A stretch of 64,000 bases of DNA from Hormiphora californensis (lineage: Eukaryota; Animalia; Ctenophora). Position 1 is the stretch's first letter; each line of letters starts with the position of its first letter. Under the pieces are notes generated by a model. The model made no database searches. It was not told the origin of the DNA and worked only from the letters and a program-made list of their open reading frames with translations. Location: the NCBI GenBank assembly GCA_020137815.1, contig CM035362.1:62001-126000 (forward strand), read 5' to 3'. Made by a program: the position numbers and the translations under genes. This document shows positions 1 through 10,980 of this stretch, piece by piece.

Positions 1-3000
1 ATTTGATGATGTGATTGAACTCTGAAATAATTGAGTCTTTTTAGGATTAGGTCGTAGTTCTCTAGGCACTTCAGGTCTTGGTCTTTTGGTTACTACTGAT
101 ATTTGAGGTGTTGTGGGTACTGAACTTTCTGAGAAAGATCTCTGTCGGACTCCTTGATTACCGGACTCCTCCACCGTGGGAGTAGCTACAGGAGTGTGAA
201 ACTCTTGAGACGGAGATTTCTCAATATTATTACTTGAGACTGTAGTACTTGATATTTCCGGAGTTTTTAACTCTGGTACCTGAGGACTGTTTTCTGATGA
301 CTCTGTTCCTAATTCCAAAATAGGAGTTTCAGGACGACCGCTATGATGTTGAGAATCAGCATTAGGAGGTTCATCGTCCATATGCAAAGATTGAGGAGTA
401 GCAGAAGGTCTGCTAGTGGGTATATTTTCTTGGGATTGAGTGTTGTCATCATTAGCATTATTGATGGAGTCATGAGATTGAGAGTCCATATTGCTGTGTT
501 GAGAATTGATTGAATCCAGTTGGTGATGAGGAGTATCACGTGAAGCATGAATATGAGTATTCTCAGAATTAGCTTCAGTGTTATCCATAACAGGTATACA
601 ATTGCCATTTCTAGACCTAGAGCGATCAAGATTAGGATACCAGGACACGTCTGAATCATCCCCGGCATTTCCGGAGTTTGATTGGTTTCCTTTCACATGA
701 TGTTTTGAGGAAGTGATTAGGTTGTCTGTGATACTCTGCGAATACTTATTATTTTTATTGGGGTAATGTTTGAGTTTTGATATACTGACTACCCTTTCAA
801 TACCGTTAAAGTTAATTATGTAGTTATGATCATTGATTTTCTCGAGAATTACGTGAGGTCCTGTCCATTTATGAGAATATTTATGATTACGTATATTGAC
901 AAGGAGCATACAATAATCACCTTTTTCGAAAAACGGACCACGCACATTTTTGTCATATTGATTAGCCATGTATCTCGATTTCGTTTCTGATTGTGAGCTG
1001 ACCTGACGAGCGATGTGTTTAGCATGAGAATATGAGTCATACACGTTTTGATAATCGGGAGAATTGTCTGGAACAAAGAAATCCCTGGGAGTTCTAGCTT
1101 CCTGACCAAAAACGAGGAAGTTAGGAGAGAATCCAGTGCGATTTGATTGAAGACAATTGAGTGTAAATATAATCCAATCGATATATAGATCATATTTATG
1201 AAAATTCTGATTATTGAGAATTGCTCTGAAGCAAGCATTGATGCGTTTGTGACAAGATTCTACTCTGCCTTGGGTTGATGATTTCCATGGAGTAGATCTG
1301 ACATTATGTATACCAAATGATTTACAAGTTTCTTTGAAGAGAGTTGATTCGAAACCTGATCCTTGATCGTGCGTAATTTTGGAAGGGATTCCAAACTTAC
1401 AAAACCAATGTTTAATGAGAACATTTATTGTGTTATTAGCGCTTGTTGACCTAACAGGTACACACACTAGATACGAGCTGTACATGTCTACAATTGTGAG
1501 GAGTGCTACATGACCTCTTGGAGTTGGTTTCTTAGTAGGTTCCAAGTGATCAATTTGAATACACTGATTAAAATGATGATAAATCTGAGGTTTTAGAGGA
1601 GCTTTGAGAAATTTTGAGGTTGGTTTAGTGCGCTGACAAGTGACACAAGCACTTACATACAGCTTAATTTCTTCTTTTATTTTGTAAAAGAAATAATGTT
1701 TTGAGATTTGCTGATAAGTTTTTTGCACACCCATATGACAACTTTGTATGGTATCATGATATAAATACAGAGCTCTTTTGATAAGAGTTTGAGGAAGAAT
1801 GGTAGCAAAATGATATTTATGAGGATCCGAATTTGAGAATATTTTCATTTGCAAGATTCCATCCTGCAATCTGAGAAATTCGAAATTTCGATAATAATAC
1901 CACAATTCTTTGTGACATTGATTGGGATTGAGTTTTGGTAATTCTGAAGAATCTATCCAATTGATAACTTCATTGATAATTGAGTCATTTTGATATTCTT
2001 CTCTAATTTCTCTAGATGAAATAGGTTCACCTAATTTGTCCTGTTTTTCACATACATGGCGAATTTTTGAGAAGATTGAATCAATATTATGAGTACAGTC
2101 ACTATTTGATTCTGAGTCTGAAATAATTTTGTTTTGCTTGATCAATTTGACATGTTGATTGTCAGTTTGAGTCGCTACTGATTTTTCCTGTATACCGAAT
2201 GAATATCTGCTAAGATAGTCAGGAATTTGAATTTCTTCTGATTTACCACTTACATGTTCTACTGAGAATTTATAACCTGATAAATCAGCAATACGACGTT
2301 GCATATATGCATTGTCCTTGCCGAAAATGGTATCAAGAGACATGAGGGCTTTACAATCGGTGAGAACGCGAAAATGATTAGCTTGGAGATATAGTCTCCA
2401 ATGTAAGATTGAGGAATGTAGTGCTAAAAACTCTAAGCGAGTGGCACCCCATTTTTGTAGATGTTTGGGAACTCTACGTGAGTAATAAGAAATGATGTTC
2501 TGTTGATTTGTTTTTGGGTTGTATTGACTGAGAACGGCACCTAAACCTGTTTTTGATGCGTCTAATGTTAGAGTAAACTTGTGACTTGAATCACTAAGGT
2601 TGGGAACTGAGAGAATTGGTGATTTAGTTAGAGCATTTTTGAGATTATCGAATGAAATTTGGCATTGATTGCTCCAATTGAAAGATTTAGGTTTCCCTGT
2701 GAGATCATAAAGTGGACCTGCAATGTCCGCAAAGTTTCTAATAAAATTTCTATGATAATTGAGCATACCTAAAAACTTTTGAACCTGTTTTACGCTTGTG
2801 GGAGCGGGCAAGTTTTTGATAGCTTTGAGTTTGTGAGGATCGACACTGATTCCATTTTTAGAAATGGTGTGACCAAGGAATTTTACTTCCTTTTGAAACA
2901 ATTTGGTCTTCTTAGGAGATAATTTGAGATTTCCAAACGTAAGCCGTTCAAAAACAAATCTGAGTCTTCTGATGTGTTCTGGATATGTGTTTGAGCAGAC

Positions 3001-4506
3001 TAATAAGTCATCAATGTAAATGAGTAAAGCTTTAAATGGGATTTTACTGAATAAGATGGACATACATCTGCTGAATTCAGCAGAGCTTGATGTTTGTCCC
3101 ATGATCATACGATTAAATTGATAACGTTTTCCGCCATAAGTGAAAGCTGTGATCGGACGAAATTCCTTTTTTAAAGGAATTTGAGTAAATGAGCTGACAA
3201 AATCTAATGATGATAAAACTTCTGTTTCTGATAAGTTGTCAAACATGGTGTTGATTTTGGGAAGTTCATAATTATCTTGAATACATTCCTTGTTCACGGC
3301 ACGTGCGTCAACTACGAATCGCCATGATGAGTCTGATTTTGGAACCATGAACACGGCACTGTTCCATAATGAGTAATTACATGGTGAAATTTGACCTGAT
3401 TCACAAAGATTACTGATTTCCTTGTCTAAATGAGGCTTGATTTTATATGCTGGAGGTCTTGAAGGGACCCATTTCGGACGATAATCATTTTTGAGATGTA
3501 ATCTAGACTCATAAAATGATGCACATCCTAGATCAAAACGATTTTTTGAGAAAACATGAGAATATTCTGATACTAAATCTTTGAGTTGTTCTCGATAGAG
3601 ATTTGGAACATGAGTAAGATTATCTATGCCTAATTCACTAATTAATTTGTTAACATCATCCCACCGGCCATTATTGATTGTTTCTTCGACGGTACATGCA
3701 TCAGGAAGACGGGTTATGTCAATTGAGGAATCGTAAAACTCTCCGTGATTAGTGATTCGTTTTATGGATTTGAGATTATCTGATCCTTCGTGATGAACTG
3801 GTTTGAAAAATGCCACTAGCTGATTTTTGTATATTACTGTAGGTTCATTAGTAGGATTGATGCAATGAACACTAACTAAATGCTTATTTGAGTAAGATAA
3901 AGATCCCGTTACTAAGATTTTGAGTTTTCTAGTGAGGTTGATAAAAGGTTCAATTATTCCTTCGTAACTTTTGTTACGTAAATGATTAGGAATATTGATT
4001 ATACCTGTGAGTGTTTTTGCACTGTTTGGTGGTATAGTGGTGGTGCGGTGGAGTTTGACTTTTGATGAATTTGGAATGCTTTTTGGTTTCACTCTGCACT
4101 GATGAGTCTTACCATCAAGTTTGATAATTTGCTTAGCCATGTTGATATTGATGTCATATGATTTTAGGATATCCATACCAATGAGGAAGTCTGTGTCTAT
4201 TTGATCACTGACTAAGAAAGTTTCCATCCGTGCTGCGTTTCCCAATTTGATTGATAAATTAATTTCACCTCGCATGGGAACAATTTGATTACTGAGACCT
4301 GCGACTAGTTTGTTAGTGGGCTTTATTTCTTCTGATTTTCTGAGTAAATGGACTAAACGCGTAGCTACTAGGCTAATGGTAGCTCCCGTGTCTAAGAGAA
4401 AATTGACAGGGTGATTATAGCAACGACCATTAATGATAATTTCTGATTCTTTGGGACGATCATATTGATTAACATGAGTATGTGGAAATGGATCGTCCCT
4501 TTCTAA
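1..4506 (-). CDS. pol: Gypsy Pol polyprotein (protease, RT, RNase H, integrase, long low-complexity C-terminal extension); open at the window edge
   Basis: Hand translation: FLLDTGATIS (~4400), ALLIYIDDLL (~3015), LTLDASKTGLGAVLSQ (~2560), YHDTIQSCHMG..CVTC zinc motif (~1750-1640), IQIDHLE, THDQGSGFES, QGRVES (D,D35E), KWTGPH (~860). Protease, YIDD and the first 240 bp were checked to share one open frame; the whole frame was not checked codon by codon. Probably missing from the ORF track because no stop is reached inside the window. Confidence 0.9.
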
Positions 4507-5759
4507 AAATTTTGATGTGATCTTTGCTGTCTAGGTTTTGGACAGTTTCGTTGAAAGTGATTAGGATCGCCACAATTGTAGCATGAGAAATTATTGTTGC
4601 CTCGGTGTTGAATGTTGTGGTGATATTTCTGATTATAATTGTTATTCTGATATCTACCCCTACTGTTTGATCTGCTTGATGTTCGTGATGAGTTACTATG
4701 TGCACGAGAAGAGTATCTGACTTGATTACGTGATCTATAATGTGGACTCTGATTTCTGCTATGGTGTTTTTCCCTGGATTGAGAGCGGTATCGATAAGCG
4801 GAAGGATAATCATGATAGTATTGAAATTGAGAATTGCTCCTTGAGCGATGAGGAGAAGGGGAATGACGACGTGAGGATCGATGAGGACTGTATCCTCTCC
4901 GATAGGGTGATCTACCGCGATGACTCTCCCTAGATGTTGACCTATGACGATTGTAAGGGGTTGTAGATCGATATTGAGAATTACCTTTTGAGTGAGGCTC
5001 ACCTGTTTCTTGATTAGATGTGTCAAAATTTACTTCTTGATTCTTTAAAATAGGAGTTGGTGTATTGATGACTGTGTTCTGAGGCTCACAAATTTTGAGT
5101 GCTCTTTCTACATTTTTAGCTGATTTTATGGCTGCTGAGAATTTTTTATGACATTCTTTGTTGAGATGTAACTTAATTTGAGGATCTTGAACGCCCCTGA
5201 TGAATGCCATGAGGCACATTTCATCAGCTTGAATTGGATTTTGAGGACAGGCTATAGCAGCCTTCTTTCTTAGACGATCTGAGTATTCCTTAATTGATTC
5301 GTTAGGACTCTGATTACAATCAAGCAATTTGTTTTTGAGAAAAAATACGTCATCTCCATAGATGGCTTCTTTAAATTCTCTGATAAATTCTAGTGAGTTT
5401 AACGATTGTTCAGGAGTGAGTTCTACTGCTTTTAAACGATCATATAAAATATCGTCACTGATGCTTTGTAGAAAAAATGGTAGTTGTTGAGCAATAGGCA
5501 TCTTGATTAATTGAATATGTTCGAGGAAGCGGCAACAAAAGGTTACAAAATTGTCCCCTTTTTCAAATTTTTTGAGTTTCTGACCAAAAGATAGATTATT
5601 GAGAGCAGTTGTGAGGTCTGGCTGATCTGTCTGAATTGATAATTGAGGATTGCAATTCGAGACAGCTGCCTGAACGTCGGTGACGGCACCTGGATCTTCT
5701 TTGAGAAGTTTTGATAAATTATTGAGAATATCTGCTTTCAAAACTGGAGTAGGAGGCAT
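4503..5759 (-). CDS. gag: Gypsy Gag (capsid-like region, Arg/Ser-rich tract, CCHC zinc knuckle)
   Basis: 418-aa ORF with CYNCGDPNHFQRNC near the C-terminus, lying between the LTR/PBS and pol. Confidence 0.93.
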   Translation of the reverse strand: MPPTPVLKADILNNLSKLLKEDPGAVTDVQAAVSNCNPQLSIQTDQPDLTTALNNLSFGQKLKKFEKGDNFVTFCCRFLEHIQLIKMPIAQQLPFFLQSISDDILYDRLKAVELTPEQSLNSLEFIREFKEAIYGDDVFFLKNKLLDCNQSPNESIKEYSDRLRKKAAIACPQNPIQADEMCLMAFIRGVQDPQIKLHLNKECHKKFSAAIKSAKNVERALKICEPQNTVINTPTPILKNQEVNFDTSNQETGEPHSKGNSQYRSTTPYNRHRSTSRESHRGRSPYRRGYSPHRSSRRHSPSPHRSRSNSQFQYYHDYPSAYRYRSQSREKHHSRNQSPHYRSRNQVRYSSRAHSNSSRTSSRSNSRGRYQNNNYNQKYHHNIQHRGNNNFSCYNCGDPNHFQRNCPKPRQQRSHQNF

Positions 5760-5840
5760 GATAACAACAGAATTTTAATTGATAATATATTCTAATTAAA
5801 CAAATTAAAGCAATCCAAGCTTGGAACAAATCTAAATGCG

Positions 5841-5858
5841 AATTCGTATCAGGCTCCA
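5841..5858 (-). promoter_or_regulatory. Primer-binding-site-like sequence of the Gypsy element
   Basis: Minus-strand TGGAGCCTGATACGAATT starts 2 nt inside the LTR end (...ATTACA at TGG), the usual PBS position. Priming tRNA not identified. Confidence 0.7.
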
Positions 5859-5860
5859 AT

Positions 5861-6240
5861 TGTAATATTAAAGGTTGAGTGGATGAGGGTCTGTTTTAAG
5901 TACTATCAGAACTGCTTAAATAAGGGGTGGTTAAGAGATAGGTAAAACGTACAGAATATAGAAAATATAAGAAGTGTCCGGTAGAGAGGGATCGTAACTG
6001 ATGATTTGACATGTGTCCTGATAGCCCAGGGAGCACAGAGGTGAGAAATATGAGGAAAGAGAAAGGGCCCCCTAGAGGGGTGTTGACATGCCCTGTAAAC
6101 GGGGTGACCAGGTTGCGGCTGCAGGGATGCATAAATAGATGCATAATTGATTATAGCCAAATTATGGAGATAATTGATTGGAAGGCCGACAGTGTCAACT
6201 AGGCAGGCTATTGCGATTGAGGATTGATATGATGATTACA
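5861..6240 (-). repeat. 5' LTR of the Gypsy element (~380 bp)
   Basis: Bounded by TGTAAT (5861) and ATTACA (6240) inverted termini; PBS on one side, abrupt junction with a Penelope RT fragment on the other. Confidence 0.85.
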
Positions 6241-6507
6241 ACATCCGGTATCGTCAACGTATCTCCCGTAGAATGTGAGGTGGAGGTCGAGGTATATACT
6301 AGATCTTTCATACATGTACACACGGATGATGGCTGCCAAGGGGGATGGTTTACAACCCATAAACAGTCCGACTAGTTGTTGGTATAGCCTACTATTGTAC
6401 ACAAAGAACGAGTTCTCCATGACAAAATCCAACATCCGGTGTATGTCTGTGGCAGAGATCCCCCAGGTATCCAACTCCTCCCAGTGTTCAAGAGAGAATT
6501 CGATCAC
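6241..6507 (-). pseudogene. Penelope-like element RT fragment interrupted by the Gypsy insertion
   Basis: LDFVMENSFFVYNSRLYQQLVGLFMGCKPSPLAA...YGRYVDDTG matches PLE RT motifs (compare LDFCLDNAYFEFNGNFYAQRTGGAMGSPL...HFVDD in the 19136-21769 ORF). Confidence 0.85.
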
Positions 6508-6632
6508 TGACTTATTATCTAGTCAGTACAATGTTCAGTTCCTAGTTTTTGCGTGTGTATATTTTGTATAGATCATATTTCGTGTATTTCGTCTATTTTT
6601 ACTAATATGTGACCCATTTCATTTATAGATTA

Positions 6633-6666
6633 TCTTGATGATGCCGTCGAACGGCGAAACGTCGAG
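6633..6666 (+). ncRNA. Minimal hammerhead-ribozyme-like motif (variant core) in a probable inverted Penelope pLTR
   Basis: TTGATGA-t-GCCGT-cga-ACGGC-GAAA-C-GTC: C3U variant core, perfect stem II, palindromic ACGT stem III, GUC cleavage triplet. Stem I is weak. Confidence 0.55.
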
Positions 6667-6956
6667 TTATTCCTGAAATAAAATCAACGAGTCTCAATTT
6701 GTCCCTATTTATTACATCAACTTATTGAAAATGAGACTCATATCTAACGTGGCAACACATGAACTTATTAACATTTAACACCATCGAAGTTGGTCAAATA
6801 TGAAAAAACATTTCCTGAAAACAATAAATACACAAAAAATACAAAAATACACAAAAAAACTACAAACAAGAATTATTGCATTATGTATTCATAATGCTGT
6901 GTTTCCCTGCCCTATCGTTTCACATGTCCATGTCACTGCTAACACTACCAGACATG

Positions 6957-7095
6957 TTAGAACAGGCGGCCATCCAGACCCTCCAGCCCTCGCTCAACCG
7001 GACCTCCAAAGCTCCATCCGTCAGCCAGCAATGGGACCCCATCCTCCCTATTGTTGCATCCTCCTTCAACCCCCGTAGTGCCAATATCCCCGCCT
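6957..7095 (+). pseudogene. C-terminal fragment of a Penelope-like ORF
   Basis: LEQAAIQTLQPSLNRTSKAPSVSQQWDPILPIVASSFNPRSANIP aligns by eye with LEQAAIHTLQPAINRTDKVPTVNLQWTHLLPRIANSFKPRPAGI at the end of the 877-aa PLE ORF. Confidence 0.85.
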
Positions 7096-7423
7096 TCCAG
7101 TTGCTCGGCTCGGTTGCTACACTGTGTACACTGGGTTGCCCCTCGCAACGAAAGTGTGACTAAAAAGGTCCCTCTACCGATTAGTTAGTATACCAAAATG
7201 TCGTTTTCGAATTCTAACCCTGCTATGCCTTTTTGCAAAGCAAAAAGGCATCCGGGCGAATGCCTTCGGCATTCACCCGGGCTGGGAAAAAAATTCAAAA
7301 ACCTACAAAAAATACAGATAACTACAAAAAATACAAAAAATACAAAAAAGAATAGACAACGATTTTCTCATAGCTGAAACTACAATTTCTGTCATTATTT
7401 TTCACACTACACTGTAGTGACTA

Positions 7424-7536
7424 CAGTCGGATCCCGATTTACCGAGATGCTCGCTCGCCCGGTATATCGGGGTGAAATACCGTTAATTTCCTATATCGGG
7501 GGAAGTTTATCATCCCGGTAAATCGGGGTCCGACTG
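7424..7536. mobile_element. Short TA-flanked MITE, CAGTCGGACCCCGATTT family (Tc1/mariner-pogo-like)
   Basis: TA-CAGTCGGATCCCGATTTACC ... GGTAAATCGGGGTCCGACTG-TA. Confidence 0.8.
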
Positions 7537-8171
7537 TAATCTGAATTAGTGATAAGTACATAGTTTTCGGCAGGTCGGAAGAATCTCGACACCGAAATAT
7601 ATATGTATTTCAAATACATATGTATTTCAAATACACATGTCTATTTCAACTGAAGTATATATGTATTTGCTAATGAGGGGGATGGACATGTGATACGATT
7701 CTGGAACGCCTTATTAGCAGTGGGAGACAATACGGGATATGAACCATGTGATTCGGGGAAGCTTATTAGCAGTAGGAGACGATACGAGATATGGAACATG
7801 ATTCGAGGAAGCCAATCAAGAGTGTTAGACGATATGAGACACGATTTGGGGAAGGTTTCTATCGCTTTCAATCTCTATGACCCTATCCACATCTCTGTGT
7901 CTCTCTTTCTTTCTCTTTCTTTCTCTATCTCCCTCTTTCTCTCTCACTTTCTCGAAGGGAGAAAGAGAAACATGGAGAAAGAGAGATACCCATAACTTTT
8001 TACCGAAAGATATGAGAAAAGACACGGTTTAGCCATGCGAATTGAATGGATGATATCTTCTTGATCTCCCTGACCATTAGTCCTTCAATGCCGCCACCTC
8101 CTTCCAATCCGGTTTCTCTAGCTAAACCGACAATCTGCAAGAAACGACCGAGAGGCTAGGTGCCTACATCT

Positions 8172-8386
8172 GGTAGGCGGACTCTAGTGCTAACGGACTC
8201 TATATATAAACCCAAGGAGGACTCTATATCTAGCCCTAACCTTTACACTAAACCCTAACCTTGAACCCAAATAACAGCCCTAACACTTCTAAACGAGTAT
8301 AGAGGCACAGCAAACTCTCGTTTCCGGCCTAACGGCCGAAATCTCGAGTTCGCTTTTCGTGATTTTAGCACTAGAGTCCGCTTACC
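8172..8386. mobile_element. Mutator-like MITE (GGT(A/G)(G/A)GCGGACTCTAGTGCTAA family)
   Basis: TIRs at both ends; direct repeat GCCTACATCT at 8162-8171 and 8387-8396. Confidence 0.8.
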
Positions 8387-8802
8387 GCCTACATCTACCT
8401 GCTAGGAAAGCAACGAAACCTATTTCCACGGAGCTCAACTGTCTTTTCTCATTCGAAAGAAAGAGAGACAGACAGAGAGACACAGCGATGTGGATAGGGT
8501 CATAGGGATGGAAAGCGATAGAAACCTTCCCCGAATCGTGTCTCATATCGTCTAACACTCTTGATTGGCTTCCCCGAATCATGTTCCATATCTCGTATCG
8601 TCTCCTACTGCTAATAAGCTTCCCCGAATCACATGGTTCATATCCCGTATTGTCTCCCACTGCTAATAAGGCGTTCCAGAATCGTATCACATGTCCATCC
8701 CCCTCATTAGCATTTGAAATACATATATATTTGAAATACATATATACTTCAGTTGAAATAGACATGTGTATTTGAAATACATATGTATTTGAAATACATA
8801 TA

Positions 8803-9658
8803 CAGTCGGACCCCGATTTAACGGCACCCTCGGGGGAAAGGGTTTTGTCCGTTAAATCGGGGTGTCCGTTAAATCGGGGTAGAGCATATTTGGCCCATAA
8901 AACCCTATTTTTGTCCAAAATGCTATACTAAAACACCTCTAAGTCCAATGTCCATGTATTGATTACATGATCATTTCTGATTAGAAAAAGAAAGTAATTT
9001 CAAAATAAGTTATAAAAATTTTCTAAGGTACTATATCAACCACGTCCGAATCGTTTATCGAATCAGTGCATCTTATCGCATGTCTTGCTGCTAATTAGAC
9101 GAACCGATACGTGATACCATGCCGAATCGGGGCACTTTAAGCGGGGTGAGGAAGAATTTGAATTTCAAAATATATTTTTCTCTGAAAATTCATGGGGAGC
9201 ACCGATCAAAGCATTGACAATCATTCTGTAAAATTTTGCAAAAAAAGTTATGAAAATTTTTCAAGGTATATCAACCACGTCCGAATCTGTATGGCGGCGC
9301 CATACCCCATTTGACAGTGCGCTCAGATGGGTCGCGGCGCCAGACAGGTCCGAATCGTGTTTCGAATCAGTGCACGTCCTGTCGCTAATTAGACGGTTCG
9401 AAACGAACCGATACGTGATCCCCATGAGGCCAGTTTAACAAGCGTCAAAATTGCGATTCGATGGGCCTCATGGGGATCACATATCTGTTCGTTTCGAACC
9501 GTCTAATTACCAGCAAGACATGCAATAAGATGCACCGATTGGAAACACGATTCGGACGTGGTTTTTCAAAAAAATTTCAAAAAATTTTGGGGGAAATTTA
9601 TCCTGCCGTTAAATCGGGGTGCCGCTAAATCGGGGGCCGTTAAATCGGGGTCCGACTG
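8803..9658. mobile_element. Long (856 bp) member of the TA-flanked CAGTCGGACCCCGATTT family, inserted in the right TIR of the 7569-9691 element
   Basis: TA-CAGTCGGACCCCGATTTAACGGC ... GCCGTTAAATCGGGGTCCGACTG-TA. Confidence 0.85.
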
Positions 9659-10980
9659 TATATTTCGGTGTCGAGATTCTTCCGACCTGCCTAGTTTTCT
9701 TTTCCATAGATACAATATCATATATGATATTATGTATTTCTTTTCCATAGATACAATATCATATATGATATTATTTATTTCCACGCTTAAATCAGGAACA
9801 TTTGATTTTTTGTATCTTTTTTTTGTATATTTGATGTCGGATCTTTTTTGTACGAGATATATGGGCACAAAAATGGGCCGGACCCCCCAATATATGATGG
9901 AATTAGCTTTAGGTTTAGAATGATTGTGCCGGTAAGAAAATTTTATTTTATCGTACTCTGTTTCAAACCTGAAATAGCGAACTTTCTCGTAGTTTTTAGA
10001 GACTAAAACCCGGTACAAATTAACTGGAAACATTCCTAGACGGTTTATTAACGTAATTGTATCACTTTTATGACGCTACAATAGGTGTTATAATTATTTG
10101 TAGTTTTTTTGTAGTTTTTTTGTAGATTTTTGTAGTTTTTATTAGAAGGAATCAGTGACCCTGCTACAAAAAACTACAAAAAATAGCGTTGCCCCCCCCC
10201 CCCCCCCCCCCGTGTTAGTAAACACACAAGGATTGTTTCTATCCTGTTTGATAAATATATATATAAATATTGATCCAGCAGGAATTCCCCGAGAGTAACA
10301 AAAATATCTCAGTGATGGATGGGTCGATTTTGAGCGGCAAAAAAGTAAAATTCTCATAGAACTAATCTCTACTACCTCCAACAAACTTGTCCAATTCTGA
10401 TTCTGCTGGCTGCCCACTCTCACTTTTTAATTTGACAGTTCACATCGTTCGCCGCCAGACAGAGATTTATTAATTGTTTTATGCAGGGGCAGATATAACG
10501 TTCAAGTTACCATCGGGAGAGAGGATAAATAGAAAGTTCACGACTACTAGCAAATTAAAAGTGTTGCGTTATTTTATTGGTAGCAAGGGGTACACGCCAG
10601 CTGGACACAAGCTTGTTCAGAATTTTCCCAAGCGACAGGTAACGGTTTAGCATGATCTAACAACATTATCAATCTTGCCAATAAGACTGTAGTTGGGAAT
10701 CAGGATCACCTCCTGTCTTTAGTCGCATGACCCTGGTCGCGCTAGTCACGTATGAACAATTCAAGTTCCGTCTATCATTACAATCTGTTTATCGATAAGT
10801 TGATACATATCTTGATATATTACATTAGACCAGGAAAATAGCCAAAAAAGTGTGTAGCGTCCTCACATTAGCGGGAGAAGGCATTTTCAATTAAATTGGT
10901 ATATTTTGACCACAATTATAATGTATCCACAAAAGGGTTAGAGATAGAGCCTATTTTTTACCACAAGTCTTAGACTTTTT

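Larger units (their letters stand above)
1..6240 (-). mobile_element. Ty3/Gypsy LTR retrotransposon, apparently intact; 3' end lies outside the window
   Basis: Order on the minus strand is LTR, PBS-like TGG site, gag with CCHC knuckle, then pol with PR-RT-RH-IN, the domain order diagnostic of Ty3/Gypsy. Confidence 0.95.
7569..9691. mobile_element. Non-autonomous long-TIR element with GG termini and 8-bp TSD (Merlin-like by TSD and termini), carrying two nested insertions
   Basis: TIR GGCAGGTCGGAAGAATCTCGACACCGAAATA; TSD TAGTTTTC at 7561-7568 and 9692-9699; inverted arms ~7570-7930 versus ~8455-8800. Confidence 0.8.

Noticed and set aside
309-5026. Short ORFs 309-668, 849-1238, 4469-5026 and 4730-4933
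   Set aside because: Alternative-frame or antisense shadows of Gypsy gag/pol.
7641-10033. ORFs with QSDPDL/KSGSDC or IRFWNALL peptides
   Set aside because: Translations of MITE sequence that recur wherever the repeats occur.
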